The notes under the pieces: generated by a model
Seen by the model: the letters and a program-made list of their open reading frames with translations, nothing else
Told to the model about the DNA's origin: nothing
The model's database searches: none
Source: an uncultured Pseudomonadales bacterium
GTDB taxonomy: Bacteria; Patescibacteriota; Microgenomatia; UBA1400; CG1-02-47-37
DNA length: 63,136 nucleotides
NCBI GenBank assembly: GCA_964630755.1
Contig: CAZVYS010000003.1
Location: 1-63,136 of the forward strand
Reading direction: 5' to 3'
In this document: piece by piece, positions 35,449 through 46,258 of the stretch
How positions within the stretch are numbered: position 1 is the first letter of the stretch
Layout of the letters: each line of letters begins with the position of its first letter
Program-made: the position numbers and the translations under genes

Positions 35449-36025
35449 ATATCTGCTCCCTTACTTGTTTTTTAATTTTACCATTCCCTATCTTATTTAA
35501 AACTTCATCCAAGAAACCTTTCTCAATCACTGATTCCGCTTCACTTTTAGATATCCCCCGACTCATTAAATAAAACAACTGCTCTTCATCAATCTTTGAC
35601 ACCGTCGCCGCATGTGAAGCTCTCACATCATCAGCCTCAATTTCTAAGCTCGGTTCCGCCACTGCCTGGACCCTATCACCCATTAGCAACACCTTCTCAG
35701 TTAAAAAGTCAGTTACTTGATGACAATCTTTATCAATCCTAATCATTCCTTTTACCTCAGCCTTAGCTTCACCATTTAACACTCCATGAAGCTCTGTTTC
35801 TGCGTGTGTATTGCGCGCCCTATGATTGGTCTTGGTCGAAATCACATAATCTCCTTTTACTGCTCTCATTGCTACCAAAAGGCAGGCCTTCGCCCCTTCA
35901 ACCATCAAGTCAATCCTTACCTTATACTCTCCAGGTCTTAAAACCACCATTACCACCACTACCTTATTATTTTTGTTAACTTTAATTGTTTCTCTTACTG
36001 GTTTATTAATCAGGATATATTTCAT
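35441..36025 (-). CDS. sufD: short SufD-like Fe-S assembly protein
   Basis: 194 aa. The C-terminal [28 protein letters not shown] mirrors the SufB/SufD signature. Confidence 0.75.
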   Translation of the reverse strand: MKYILINKPVRETIKVNKNNKVVVVMVVLRPGEYKVRIDLMVEGAKACLLVAMRAVKGDYVISTKTNHRARNTHAETELHGVLNGEAKAEVKGMIRIDKDCHQVTDFLTEKVLLMGDRVQAVAEPSLEIEADDVRASHAATVSKIDEEQLFYLMSRGISKSEAESVIEKGFLDEVLNKIGNGKIKKQVREQIYA

Positions 36026-37443
36026 CCCACACTCCCCTCCATCTCCATCTCAATCAACCGATTCATCTCGACCGCATACTCCAACGGCAATTTTTTAACC
36101 ACCGGCTCCACAAACCCATTTACAATCATCCCCATTGCTTCCTGCTCAGTTAAGCCCCGACTCATTAAATAAAACAACTGCTCTTCCCCTACCCTACTCA
36201 CCGTCGCTTCATGCTCCAAACTTGAATCTTGCTCTAAAATCTTATTAGTCGGATAAGTATCACTCCGGGAGTGTGAGTCTAATATTAAGGCATCACAAAT
36301 CACTTTAGACTTAGCCCTCCTAGCTCCCTTATTCATCTGCACTAAACCCCTGTAGCTATTTCTGCCCCCACCCAAACTAATCGATTTACTCACAATCACG
36401 CTCTTAGTATCTCTAGCTAAATGAACTGCTTTACTACCCACATCCTGATGCTGTCCTTCACCAGCCACCGCAATCGACAAAGTTTCACCTCTGGCTCCCT
36501 TTTCAGCTAAAATAAAGCCCGGATATTTCATGGTAAGCTTACTGCCAATATTGGCATCCGTCCAGATCATCTCTGCTTTCTCTCCCACCCAAGCTCTCTT
36601 GGTTACTAGATTATATATATTCTTATACCAATTCTGAACCGTCGTATACTGACATCTTGCTTTCTTTTCCACCACTATCTCTACCACTGCCGCATGAAGG
36701 CTCTGCTTACTGTAAGCTGGAGCCGTACAACCCTCACTATAGTGCACTTCAGCCCCTTCATCCACAATTATCAAAGTCCGTTCAAACTGGCCAAATTGAG
36801 GTGCATTAATTCGAAAATAAGCCTGCAAAGGCTTTTCTGCTTTTACTCCTTTAGGCACATACACAAAACTACCTCCAGACCAAACCGCGCTATTCAAAGC
36901 CGCAAACTTATTATCCCCCATCGATATCACCTTACCCCAATGCTTTCTAACTAATTCTGGATACTGCTTAACCGCCTCATCCATCGACAAAAAAATCACT
37001 CCTTTTTTCTCTAACTCCTTCAACAAAGATCCATAAACCACTGTGCTATCATATTGACTCTTCACTCCTGCCAACCATTTTTTCTCAGCCTCAGGTATTT
37101 TTAACTTATCAAAAGTCTGCTTAACTTCTTCTGGCACGTCTTCCCATTTTTTCTCTGTATTTTTCGAAGGTTCTATATAATAAGTTAGCTTATTAAAATC
37201 TATCTTAGATAAATCTCCACCCCATCTAGGCATCTTCTTTTTATTAAAAATCTTTAAAGCTTCAAGCCTTAGCTTAAGCATCCAGTTAGGCTCTTTTTTC
37301 TTTTTAGAAATCTCTCGAACCACTGCCTCACTCAGCCCTTTTTTGGTCTTAAACACTGGCTTTACTTTATCTTTAAAACCATATTTATAATCAGCAGAAA
37401 ACTTAGAGTTCATATCATCTGTCAGTTTTTGATACGCAGCCAT
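36022..37443 (-). CDS. sufB: Fe-S cluster assembly protein SufB
   Basis: YKYGF N-terminal motif and [26 protein letters not shown]. Start uncertain (37470, 37443 or 37413). Confidence 0.9.
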   Translation of the reverse strand: MAAYQKLTDDMNSKFSADYKYGFKDKVKPVFKTKKGLSEAVVREISKKKKEPNWMLKLRLEALKIFNKKKMPRWGGDLSKIDFNKLTYYIEPSKNTEKKWEDVPEEVKQTFDKLKIPEAEKKWLAGVKSQYDSTVVYGSLLKELEKKGVIFLSMDEAVKQYPELVRKHWGKVISMGDNKFAALNSAVWSGGSFVYVPKGVKAEKPLQAYFRINAPQFGQFERTLIIVDEGAEVHYSEGCTAPAYSKQSLHAAVVEIVVEKKARCQYTTVQNWYKNIYNLVTKRAWVGEKAEMIWTDANIGSKLTMKYPGFILAEKGARGETLSIAVAGEGQHQDVGSKAVHLARDTKSVIVSKSISLGGGRNSYRGLVQMNKGARRAKSKVICDALILDSHSRSDTYPTNKILEQDSSLEHEATVSRVGEEQLFYLMSRGLTEQEAMGMIVNGFVEPVVKKLPLEYAVEMNRLIEMEMEGSVG

Positions 37444-37547
37444 ACAAATTTTCAGCGCACAACGCCTCATCTGATTCAGTCAGATAGCTGTGAACACTAC
37501 TAAAATTTCTGTATGGCGAGTCAAGCAAAAGCTGACACCATTTATAT

Positions 37548-38276
37548 TCAAATCCCTTCATAGCCTTTTTTCTCAAGCTCCTTAACCAACTTAAGACCAC
37601 CTTCTTTAACCACTTTCCCTTTTTTAATCACCACTACTCGATCAGGCTTAACATACTCCAAAATCCGCTGATAGTGAGTAATTAGTAGCACCCCAATCCT
37701 TGGATTATCCTTCTTCACTTGATTTATCCCTTCAGCCACAATCTTTAAAGCATCAATGTCCAAACCCGAATCTGTCTCGTCTAATATGGCTAACTTAGGC
37801 CTCAAAACCGCCATCTGCAAAACCTCCATCTTCTTCTTCTCTCCACCCGAAAACCCTTCGTTAACCGATCTTTCCAACAATTCTTTATTGACCTTTAATT
37901 TCTTAGCTTGTTTATTAAGTAACTCCCTAAACTCAAGCGGGGAAATCTTTTTATTCTGAATCTTTTGAAAAGCCAGTCTCAAAAACTGACTTACTCCCAC
38001 CCCCGTCACACCCACTGGGTATTGAAATCCTAAAAAAATCCCTTTTTTAGCTCTCTCATCTGGAGAAAACTTGTTAAGCTCTATCTTACCTAGCTTCATC
38101 AATCCAGAAGCTGCTTTATACTGTGGATGTCCAGCCAAAGTATAAGCCAACGTACTCTTTCCAGACCCATTCGGCCCCATCACTGCCACCACTTCACCCC
38201 TGTTAACCTTCAAGGAGAGTCCTTGCAGGATCAACTTTTTATTAACTTTCACTTTAAGGTTTTTTACATCCAACAT
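37548..38276 (-). CDS. sufC: Fe-S cluster assembly ATPase SufC
   Basis: GPNGSGKSTL, FSGGEKKK and ILDETDSGLDIDAL. Confidence 0.93.
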   Translation of the reverse strand: MLDVKNLKVKVNKKLILQGLSLKVNRGEVVAVMGPNGSGKSTLAYTLAGHPQYKAASGLMKLGKIELNKFSPDERAKKGIFLGFQYPVGVTGVGVSQFLRLAFQKIQNKKISPLEFRELLNKQAKKLKVNKELLERSVNEGFSGGEKKKMEVLQMAVLRPKLAILDETDSGLDIDALKIVAEGINQVKKDNPRIGVLLITHYQRILEYVKPDRVVVIKKGKVVKEGGLKLVKELEKKGYEGI

Positions 38277-38277
38277 A

Positions 38278-38673
38278 CTACCGGGCTAAATCTTTAATAG
38301 TCACTTTAGCTAGCTGCTTTTCCACTGCTTTACTTAAGCCACTCATCAAATCTTTATGACCACACCAGGATTCACATCCACAAACTTCCCCGCTCATGCA
38401 CTTCACTGGCTTCACTGGACCTTCAAGTGCCTTAATCACTTCACCTACTTTTATTTTACTAGCTAATTTAGCCAGTAAATATCCCCCTTCTCTACCCTCT
38501 TTACTTTTGAGTAGCTTAGCCTTTTTAAGCTTAACCGCTACTTTGCTTAAAAACCGATACGGCAAACCTCGTTTTTCTGCCCAATCTTTTAACCCCACCA
38601 TTTCTTTAGGCTTTCGGGCTAGTTCCACCACTAAAAGCAAGCCAAGCTCCACCTCTCGAGATATCTTTAACAT
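38278..38673 (-). CDS. Rrf2-family transcriptional regulator (IscR/SufR-like)
   Basis: wHTH N-terminus and a Cys cluster CMSGEVCGCESWC. Confidence 0.8.
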   Translation of the reverse strand: MLKISREVELGLLLVVELARKPKEMVGLKDWAEKRGLPYRFLSKVAVKLKKAKLLKSKEGREGGYLLAKLASKIKVGEVIKALEGPVKPVKCMSGEVCGCESWCGHKDLMSGLSKAVEKQLAKVTIKDLAR

Positions 38674-38736
38674 ATGTCTTGTCCCGCTTGAAACATCGGG
38701 AAACTCCTCCTTTATTAGGGGGAGTTTACCACAATC

Positions 38737-39966
38737 CTACTTATCTAGTAAAGCTTCTATTCCCGGCATCGGCCGATCAGCAATATACTGCAAGGTGGCT
38801 CCACCAGCTACCGATACATGCGAATATCTAAAAATCAAGCCAAAATTTTCAGCTAATCCCGCCGTATCTCCACCAGCTAAAATACTTATCTCAGGATATT
38901 CTGCTACAGCCTCAGCTGCCCGCAAAGTTCCACTTCTAAATCTAGAATCCTCATATTTCCCCATCGGCCCATCCCAAAAGACTGTTTTAGAATCTTTAAT
39001 TATCTTTAAAAACTTCTCAGTTGTCTTTGGCCCAATATCCAAAAACACCCACGACTTATCTAGCTTGTCGCCTTTAGTTAAATCAACCAACTTATGTTCT
39101 TTTGGATCTTCTATTTCATCAGCTGCCACCAAATCTTCAGGCACTACTATTTTATCTCCATACTCCTCCATTAATTTCTTGCTCTCCTCCACTGGATCTA
39201 TCTTAGTTTTCTTAGCTTTATCCACAAATGGCTCCTCCAAAAACGACTCGCCCACCTCAACTCCTTTCGCCTTTAAAAAGTTATTAGCCACTGCTCCACC
39301 AATCAACACCTTGTCAGCTTTATCAATTAAATGCCTAATTGCCTTAATCTTGTCATAAACCTTGGTTCCTCCAACCATTAAAGTCAATGGTTTCTGAGGG
39401 TTTTTCTTTAGCCGATCAAACACCTCCATCTCTCCTTCCATATATAATCCTGCCACTGTTGGAATATGCCTTGGCACTCCAGTCACCGAAGCGTGTACCC
39501 GATGAGCATGCCCAAAAGCATCCATCACCATCAAATCACCATTAGAGGCTATCTGTTTTGCAAACTTATCATCATCTGCTTCTTCACCTGGATAAAACCG
39601 CGTATTCTCAAGCATCACCATCTCGCCTGGTTTCATCTTAGAAATAAAATCTTGCACCTTTGGACCAACCAACTCAGGCAAATGCTTTACCTCTCTATTA
39701 ATCAAGCTCGACATTCTTTTAGCCACTGGCGCCAAACTCAATTCTGGAACCACCTTGCCACCCGGCCTCTCAAGCCAAGAAATAAAAATAATCTTGCATT
39801 TCTTCTCAAGTAAATGAAAAATCGATGGAAAATATGCTTTAATTCGAACATCTGATACTGGCACTGTCTCGCCAATTCCATTCTCTTTAAGCTTGATATT
39901 AAAATCACAATGATGAATCACTCTTTTTCCTGCTAAATCAATCTCTCTTAATGTTTTTTTATTCAT
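38737..39966 (-). CDS. pgk: phosphoglycerate kinase
   Basis: 409 aa with RVDFN-like CDFNIKL, FENTRF-like LENTRFYPGEE, GGTKVYDKI and ISILAGGDT. Confidence 0.9.
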   Translation of the reverse strand: MNKKTLREIDLAGKRVIHHCDFNIKLKENGIGETVPVSDVRIKAYFPSIFHLLEKKCKIIFISWLERPGGKVVPELSLAPVAKRMSSLINREVKHLPELVGPKVQDFISKMKPGEMVMLENTRFYPGEEADDDKFAKQIASNGDLMVMDAFGHAHRVHASVTGVPRHIPTVAGLYMEGEMEVFDRLKKNPQKPLTLMVGGTKVYDKIKAIRHLIDKADKVLIGGAVANNFLKAKGVEVGESFLEEPFVDKAKKTKIDPVEESKKLMEEYGDKIVVPEDLVAADEIEDPKEHKLVDLTKGDKLDKSWVFLDIGPKTTEKFLKIIKDSKTVFWDGPMGKYEDSRFRSGTLRAAEAVAEYPEISILAGGDTAGLAENFGLIFRYSHVSVAGGATLQYIADRPMPGIEALLDK

Positions 39967-39988
39967 AACTTGCCTCGACTTTGGCGGG

Positions 39989-41398
39989 TTAGTCCGACAA
40001 CCCTCTCACTTCTTCAACTTTTTCTTTTCCTGTCATAAAATCTCTAAATGTTTTGTGCATCTCTACTCCCTTAATCCACTTTTTAGCTAATTTCTCTGTA
40101 TTTGCCACCTTAAGTTCTTTATATAAAAACTTTAACCTTTCTATCAAAGCTTCTCGAATTTCTGTTTTTACTTCTTTGTCCATTAAATAACATTCTTTTT
40201 TAAATCGACCCCAGGCCTTCTTTCGCAGTTTATAATGAAACTGCTCATCTGTCTGATCCTTGCCTCTTTCATCTTTCTTTTCTTCATCAAGCCATTTATA
40301 CATCTTATCTAATAATTCTTTAGGAAAACTCTTGTGATCCATCATAATGTTTTGAAACCCAGTCGCTAAATGCACTTCAACTGCCTCTGCCTTAACAAAC
40401 TCCTTAAAATACTTATCAGGCAAGGTCGAAGCTCCATGTTGAACCGAACCACCAATCTTTAACTTTCTACAAGCCTTAGAAATCTCTCCTAAAACCTTAA
40501 AATCAACACTAATATCCGCCAAGCTTCCATCTTGAAGCACCACTCCACCATGACTCGTTCCTGTCGCCACACTAATCTTGCTCATTCCCTCCACACCTTC
40601 TTTCAACCCACTATTAAAACCATTTATATATGCTTCAAAATCTTTGACAGTCGAATTTTTGCCTCCAATATGCCCAATCTCACCTCCTATGCTAACACTC
40701 ACTCCTTCAGGCTCAATCTCCCGAATAAACTCAAACATTTCTAAAGAATACTTTATGTTCCCTTCTTGCTGTTCTATCTCAGTTTCTTTATCAAGATCCA
40801 CCAATGTCGACATATCAATATCTATATTCAAAAATCCATTCTCTATCGCCTCAGCCGTCAATTCTTTAATCGACTCCATCTCTCCAGTCTTTGGCACACC
40901 TGGCTTGTCCGCTTTAGCTTGAAAATGGTCTGCTTGTATTGGCACTCCACCTCTAAAGCCTTCTCGAATTGCTCCAGCCAGCATCATGCAAGCATACTCA
41001 GCCGGAGGTTGATCAGTATATCCCATCTCTGATCTTGCTAGCTCGCAAATCAACACACCTGTTTTAGTTTCTTTAGCTGCCTTAAACACCGACCTTGCCA
41101 TATCATAGCCCATTCCCCTTAAATTCATGGCTGGCACTGTAAAATCTAAGGGCGCTTCTTCCCTGCCACGAGCCATGTACAAATCATTAATTGAAGCTGG
41201 CTTTACTCCAACATACTGGCCCACTTCCCAAATAAGCCATTTACAAGCTGCTTTTTCATTCTCACTTCCCAGCACCACCATTTCTGCCACTTTATCCCAT
41301 TGTTCACCCTCTAGCTTATTCTCCACCACTGCCATTATTTTATTATCTTCAACTTCCACCATTCCAGAAATTAACTTTAAGACTGTGCTAGGTAGCAT
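39989..41398 (-). CDS. fba: class II fructose-bisphosphate aldolase (long form)
   Basis: 469 aa with ADHFQ, GGEIGHIGG and SVQHGAST metal/phosphate-binding motifs. Confidence 0.8.
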   Translation of the reverse strand: MLPSTVLKLISGMVEVEDNKIMAVVENKLEGEQWDKVAEMVVLGSENEKAACKWLIWEVGQYVGVKPASINDLYMARGREEAPLDFTVPAMNLRGMGYDMARSVFKAAKETKTGVLICELARSEMGYTDQPPAEYACMMLAGAIREGFRGGVPIQADHFQAKADKPGVPKTGEMESIKELTAEAIENGFLNIDIDMSTLVDLDKETEIEQQEGNIKYSLEMFEFIREIEPEGVSVSIGGEIGHIGGKNSTVKDFEAYINGFNSGLKEGVEGMSKISVATGTSHGGVVLQDGSLADISVDFKVLGEISKACRKLKIGGSVQHGASTLPDKYFKEFVKAEAVEVHLATGFQNIMMDHKSFPKELLDKMYKWLDEEKKDERGKDQTDEQFHYKLRKKAWGRFKKECYLMDKEVKTEIREALIERLKFLYKELKVANTEKLAKKWIKGVEMHKTFRDFMTGKEKVEEVRGLSD

Positions 41399-41409
41399 AT
41401 TTCTCCTTT

Positions 41410-42396
41410 TTACAACCGATAATCTATCTTCTTTTTATCAAACACATGCGTGGTATCAATTAACCTCACCTTTTCAGTTTGGGTGCTCATCACTAACGTA
41501 TGAGTCCTCGCTCCTCCACCAAAAAATCTTACTCCTTTCAAAATATCACCCTTAGTTACTCCAGTAGCACAAAATATTATCTCTTTACCGCTAGCTAGCT
41601 CTTCATGCGAATAAATCTTTTTTAACACTCCTCCCATCTTCTTTAATCTTTGCTCATCTTCTTTGCTGCGAGGTCTAAACCTAGCCTGCATCTCACCTTT
41701 TAAACATCGAATCGCTGCTGCTGTCATCACTCCCTCAGGCGCCGCCCCCACTCCCATAACCGCATGTACTCCAGTTCCCCTCATGCAAGCCGCCACTCCT
41801 GGCAACAAATCTCCGTCTGGAATCAACTTCACCCTGGCTCCTGCTTCTCTAATATTTGCAATTAACTCATCATGCCTATCTCTTTTAAGAACCACTACCA
41901 CCAAATCTCTTATCTCTCTATTAAGTCCTTTAGCAATCTCCATTAAGTTTTTTTTAACTGGGGCATCCAAATCTACTCTCCCTGTAGCCGCCGGACCGAC
42001 TATCAACTTCTCCATGTACGTATCTGGAGCATGAAACAATCCACCTTTTTCACTAGCTGCTAAAACCGCGATCGCTCTTGGTCCTAAGCTAGCCGTTGCA
42101 TTAGTATTCTCAAGAGGATCAACCGCAATATCTACCGCTTTTCCCTCTCCAGTGCCTAGTTTTTCACCAATATATAACATAGGCGCTTCATCTCTCTCTC
42201 CTTCGCCTATTACCACTCGACCATTAAACTCAACTTTGTTTAAATGCTCTCGAATTGCCTTAACCGCCTCTTCATCTGCCCCTTCTTTATCCCCAAATCC
42301 AGCTGCCCTAGCTGCCCCAATTGCTCCGACTTCAGTCGCGTGTGATAGCTGTAAACCTAAACTATGTTCCATTGATCCCACCACTATATCTTCCAC
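41410..42396 (-). CDS. glpX: class II fructose-1,6-bisphosphatase GlpX
   Basis: GEGERDEAPMLYIGEKLG, DPLENT and the GlpX-length C-terminal domain. Confidence 0.9.
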   Translation of the reverse strand: MEDIVVGSMEHSLGLQLSHATEVGAIGAARAAGFGDKEGADEEAVKAIREHLNKVEFNGRVVIGEGERDEAPMLYIGEKLGTGEGKAVDIAVDPLENTNATASLGPRAIAVLAASEKGGLFHAPDTYMEKLIVGPAATGRVDLDAPVKKNLMEIAKGLNREIRDLVVVVLKRDRHDELIANIREAGARVKLIPDGDLLPGVAACMRGTGVHAVMGVGAAPEGVMTAAAIRCLKGEMQARFRPRSKEDEQRLKKMGGVLKKIYSHEELASGKEIIFCATGVTKGDILKGVRFFGGGARTHTLVMSTQTEKVRLIDTTHVFDKKKIDYRL

Positions 42397-42431
42397 TCCC
42401 TACTCTGTCAAGCTTGTGCTACACTAACTTT

Positions 42432-42908
42432 ATGAACAAACTAATTGTCGGCTGGTTTACCTTCACTTGCTGCGAAGATTCCACTATTTTAATGACCGAG
42501 CTTTTAAATGATCATTGGCAAGAATGGACCAAGCATCTAGATTTCCGGTATGCAAAAACTTTAAGAAAACACAAACCCTTAGGACCAATGGACATTGCCT
42601 TTGTCGAAGGAGCTATCTCAAGTGACGAACAAACAGCTAAGCTCAAAAACATAAGAAAGTTGTCAAAAAAACTAGTCGCCATCGGAGCCTGCGCCGTCAT
42701 CGGACAACCAGCTGCCCAACGAAACGACTTTGATCCAGCTAAACTTGAAGAAATTAAACCCATCATGGAACGTTTTTCCTACAACGATAAAGTTCAAAAA
42801 CTAAGTGACTTGGTCACTGTCAACCACTCTGTCCCCGGCTGCCCCATGGATGAACAAAAATTTCTAGACCTTATTAATCAAGTTATCAAAAACCATGCAT
42901 CAAGTTAA
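42432..42908 (+). CDS. [NiFe] hydrogenase small subunit, minimal single-cluster type
   Basis: 158 aa with Cys motifs FTCCEDS, IGACAVIG and VPGCPMD (proximal 4Fe-4S ligands only). TGcTACACT-N6-ATG lies upstream. Confidence 0.8.
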   Translation: MNKLIVGWFTFTCCEDSTILMTELLNDHWQEWTKHLDFRYAKTLRKHKPLGPMDIAFVEGAISSDEQTAKLKNIRKLSKKLVAIGACAVIGQPAAQRNDFDPAKLEEIKPIMERFSYNDKVQKLSDLVTVNHSVPGCPMDEQKFLDLINQVIKNHASS

Positions 42909-44223
42909 TCTAGATCTATCACTCGAAGACATCTCAAAAATCGAGGGTTCAGCCGGCCTTAATCTGTCCATCAAAGACGGAAAAGTTGAAAAATGTCAAC
43001 TCAAGATCACTGAATACAAACGCTTCTACACCCAAGCCATCCGCGGCAAAGCCGCCATCGCCGCCCCCACTTTACTAGCCCGCATCTGCGGCACTTGCTC
43101 TAACGCCCACATCATGGCTGCCTTAGAGGCTGTTGAAAATGCTCTTAAAATCACTCCTTCTCCCCAAACCATGCTACTTAGAAGACTAATTAACAACGGC
43201 CTTATCATCAGAGATCATGCTCTTCATTTATACATCTTTGTCTTACCAGACCTTTTTAATAAAGATTCTTTGCTAGAATTTGACGACCAAAATAAAGAAC
43301 AGCATCAGCTTCTCCACGACACTTTTGACGTTAAAGACGCCGGCAACCAACTTAGCATTCTCACTGGCGGCCGCTCAGTCCATGCCCCTTTTCCCATGGT
43401 CGGCGGTTTTGTTAAATATCCTGACCAAAACAAACTACCTGAGGTAATTAAAAAACTCAAAGCCATCCGCCCGGCTGTCTTAAGATTAATCAAGATCTTT
43501 CAAAACTCAAACTTCACTCTTAACCGCGACATGCCCTACCTTGCTATCAAAAACCAGGATTACTCTTATCTGACCGGCAATATTATTTCTTCAGACAAAG
43601 TTAACCTTAAGCCAGAAGACTATCGAAAACAGCTTAAAAAAGTCGAACTTCCCTACTCTCATGCCTCTGCTTATACCTACAATAATACTTCTTACTATGT
43701 TGGCGCTTTAGCTCGCCTTAATCTTAATAAAACCTCTCTTCATCAACAAACCACTAAAGATACTCAACCTGCCTTAAAGCTTTTCCCTTCTAAAAACGCC
43801 TTTCATAATAATCTTGCTCAGGCTATTGAGATCCTCAATGCCATCGATGACTCCCTAGACATTCTTCAAACCACTCAATTTAAACCCGAACCATTAGTTA
43901 AAGCTCAAACAAACTCAGGAGCTGGTTTTGGCATCATCGAAGCCCCCCGGGGAATCTTATATCATCGCCTTACTATTGAAAATAATGTTGTCAAAGACGC
44001 CGAGATATTAGTTCCCACTGGCCAGAACCAGTTAAACATTGAGCAGGATATTAAACTTTTGGTAAACCAAAAGTTAGGTTCCGTAACTCCCCGTGCAAGT
44101 TCGGAACCTGTAATATCAGACAAACTTAAAGCAAAACTCGAGAAGGACATTGAAGTCTTAATCCGATCCTATGACCCTTGCATGTCTTGCGCGTCACACT
44201 TTCTTAAAGTTAACTGGCAATAA
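42895..44223 (+). CDS. [NiFe] hydrogenase large subunit
   Basis: L1 motif RICGTCSNAH and C-terminal L2 motif DPCMSCASH followed by a 7-aa extension for proteolytic maturation. Confidence 0.9.
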   Translation: MHQVNLDLSLEDISKIEGSAGLNLSIKDGKVEKCQLKITEYKRFYTQAIRGKAAIAAPTLLARICGTCSNAHIMAALEAVENALKITPSPQTMLLRRLINNGLIIRDHALHLYIFVLPDLFNKDSLLEFDDQNKEQHQLLHDTFDVKDAGNQLSILTGGRSVHAPFPMVGGFVKYPDQNKLPEVIKKLKAIRPAVLRLIKIFQNSNFTLNRDMPYLAIKNQDYSYLTGNIISSDKVNLKPEDYRKQLKKVELPYSHASAYTYNNTSYYVGALARLNLNKTSLHQQTTKDTQPALKLFPSKNAFHNNLAQAIEILNAIDDSLDILQTTQFKPEPLVKAQTNSGAGFGIIEAPRGILYHRLTIENNVVKDAEILVPTGQNQLNIEQDIKLLVNQKLGSVTPRASSEPVISDKLKAKLEKDIEVLIRSYDPCMSCASHFLKVNWQ

Positions 44224-44246
44224 ATTCCAGGTTACGAACCTGGAAT
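44224..44246. terminator. hairpin between convergent hydrogenase and protease genes (GGTTACGAACC family)
   Basis: ATTCCAGGT-tacg-AACCTGGAAT followed by ATTT. Confidence 0.45.
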
Positions 44247-44263
44247 ATTTAAAGTTCCGAACC

Positions 44264-44662
44264 TTAAATATCCTCAAGAATACTGCAAATTTTCTCCAAT
44301 GCTTTTTTTCTATCCATCCCCATCGGCACCGCTACTATCTTAAGTTTCTCCACCCTTCCTAGTCGTTTTAAAAGCTTGAGCTCCATCGACACATCATAAT
44401 CATGTAAACTAACTCGTTTCTCTGTCACCAACTTATCTAAATCCTCAAACACTCTTATCTTGTCTATCCCCTTGGCTACATCCAAAATCACCCACAATCT
44501 TTCGGGCCTACCTCGACCTGCAGAGACGGGCGGCTTTAACCCCTCGCTTGGATCCTCTACTCTAAAATCAATTTTAGGAAAAATTTTCTTCAATTTTGGC
44601 ACCAACTTAACCACCAAATTATCTTTTTTCACGTCTGGATTTCCAAACACTGATACTTTCAT
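44264..44662 (-). CDS. hydrogenase maturation endopeptidase (HycI/HyaD-like)
   Basis: 132 aa. VFGNPDVKKDNLV N-terminus with conserved acidic residue context, and position next to the large subunit. Confidence 0.65.
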   Translation of the reverse strand: MKVSVFGNPDVKKDNLVVKLVPKLKKIFPKIDFRVEDPSEGLKPPVSAGRGRPERLWVILDVAKGIDKIRVFEDLDKLVTEKRVSLHDYDVSMELKLLKRLGRVEKLKIVAVPMGMDRKKALEKICSILEDI

Positions 44663-45393
44663 ATAGTTAGATTAGCTAATTTCAAATGATGTTTTGTATA
44701 CTTATTAAGGTTCCGTACCTGGAATTTATTCACCTTCTCACACACCCAACCCCAATGAAACGTAATTAAATCCCCTTTCTTAATTCCTTTAATTAAACTT
44801 TTATCCCCAATCCTCCAGCTAATTTCTTTAACCACTCCAACTTTTAACTTTAATTGATTATCCTTGTGCACCAATTCCTGCGTCTTAACTTTAATCTTGT
44901 CTTTAGTTTTACTAATCACCTCGCCCCAAGAAATCCGACAATTATCCATTGTTTCTACAGTATGTGGTTTAGCCTCATGGGAAGAATGATTCCAAATATT
45001 AAACACATGAAACGAATGATGTACCTTAGCCCCAACCGGAACTTTTCCCACCATCCATTTCAGATCTTTAGCTTTAAATCTCTTTTTTAACCCTTGGCCT
45101 TCCATCAAATGATCCCAAAACCCTTTTAACTTCACTCCCTCAAGCAACTTGTTTCCAATCCAGTAAGCCTCCACCACCTTTTCATCAAACGGATCTTTTA
45201 TATTATTCTCATCAGCAATCAACTTTAAATAAGGATACATCACTTGAAAATCATCAAGCATCTCTACCAAGCCTTGATCCTCCACCCCTTCCACAATATG
45301 TGAAAATATCTGAAAATTCTTATCTACTGGCCCACAATATTTAAGCTTATTCGGGCTAAACGCGTACCTGGCACACTTTAGCATTCCCTGCAT
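44659..45393 (-). CDS. hypothetical protein co-located with hydrogenase maturation genes
   Basis: 244-aa ORF overlapping the protease gene by 4 nt; no motif recognised. Confidence 0.55.
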   Translation of the reverse strand: MQGMLKCARYAFSPNKLKYCGPVDKNFQIFSHIVEGVEDQGLVEMLDDFQVMYPYLKLIADENNIKDPFDEKVVEAYWIGNKLLEGVKLKGFWDHLMEGQGLKKRFKAKDLKWMVGKVPVGAKVHHSFHVFNIWNHSSHEAKPHTVETMDNCRISWGEVISKTKDKIKVKTQELVHKDNQLKLKVGVVKEISWRIGDKSLIKGIKKGDLITFHWGWVCEKVNKFQVRNLNKYTKHHLKLANLTI

Positions 45394-46258
45394 TTCTCCT
45401 TACCTCCAAACTAAAAAACCACGTTCCTGCTATTAACAAAATAGTCTGACCCAAAAGCTCAAATGACAAGTTTTGAGTAATAAATATACTAGATAATATG
45501 TTAGTTACCACTGCCCCCAAACTCAACACTGTCGCCACCATTGTCACTGGTGCTAATTCTAAAGCTCGATACCAGCTCATTACATACAAAAATAGTAAGC
45601 CTACTGTTCCTAATATCATCCCCCATTTCATCAAAGATAGTTTAAAAATTAAGTTTATTTTACCTGTGGTCATCGTCGCTAAAAGTAGCAGCACCGAGCC
45701 TAAAATCATTCTCGCTCCCACCACCACGTCAGCTTGAACTTTCTTTAAAGTAATTTTTGCTATCACGTTCTCAATCGCCCACAAAATAGTGGCACCAAGG
45801 ATCATCCACTCACCCACTCCCCATTGCCATTGCCCCAACCCACCGATTACAAAATTACTTCCAAAGATTAAACCCAACGCTCCTAACTGCTTTAAGCTTA
45901 TCTTTTCCTTCAAAGCTGGCACTGCCCATAAAGCTACCCAAAATATCAAAGTTTTATGAAGTAAGGCTGCTTTAGCAGACTCTGCTAAAAACAGGCCTTT
46001 GAAAAACAAATAAAACGGCAATGAACCTCCAATAACTCCAATCATAAGTAGCTTCACCCAGTCTTTCTTGCTAATCTTATTCCACTTAATCTTCTTGCCC
46101 GCTAGCCACCAAACCATCAACATTCCCACTCCTAGATTTTTAACCGTCGTAAACACCAACGGATCTCCCACCGCCTTAACCGCAAACCGGTTAAAAAAGA
46201 CTGCCACTCCAGATATCAAAGCAGTTACTAAAGCTAACCTAACTCCTGATTTCATCAT
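45356..46258 (-). CDS. EamA/DMT-family transporter
   Basis: 300 aa with about 10 hydrophobic helices in two EamA-like halves. Confidence 0.75.
   Translation of the reverse strand: MMKSGVRLALVTALISGVAVFFNRFAVKAVGDPLVFTTVKNLGVGMLMVWWLAGKKIKWNKISKKDWVKLLMIGVIGGSLPFYLFFKGLFLAESAKAALLHKTLIFWVALWAVPALKEKISLKQLGALGLIFGSNFVIGGLGQWQWGVGEWMILGATILWAIENVIAKITLKKVQADVVVGARMILGSVLLLLATMTTGKINLIFKLSLMKWGMILGTVGLLFLYVMSWYRALELAPVTMVATVLSLGAVVTNILSSIFITQNLSFELLGQTILLIAGTWFFSLEVRRNAGNAKVCQVRV

Noticed and set aside
38674-38736. AAGGAGG followed by a 9-codon mini-ORF (MFQAGQDIC) overlapping the Rrf2 start; possible leader peptide.
   Set aside because: It is too short and unconserved to support from one sequence. 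It may simply reflect coupling or spacing between pgk and the suf operon.
38396-39358. 320-aa ORF on the + strand antisense to pgk. Similar long antisense ORFs occur at 10909-11391, 41127-41555, 3310-3735, 4990-5343 and 47506-47931.
   Set aside because: These are low-complexity Ser/Pro/Leu-rich translations lying fully inside well-supported genes on the opposite strand. They are a typical by-product of purine-rich coding strands and have no start or RBS context.
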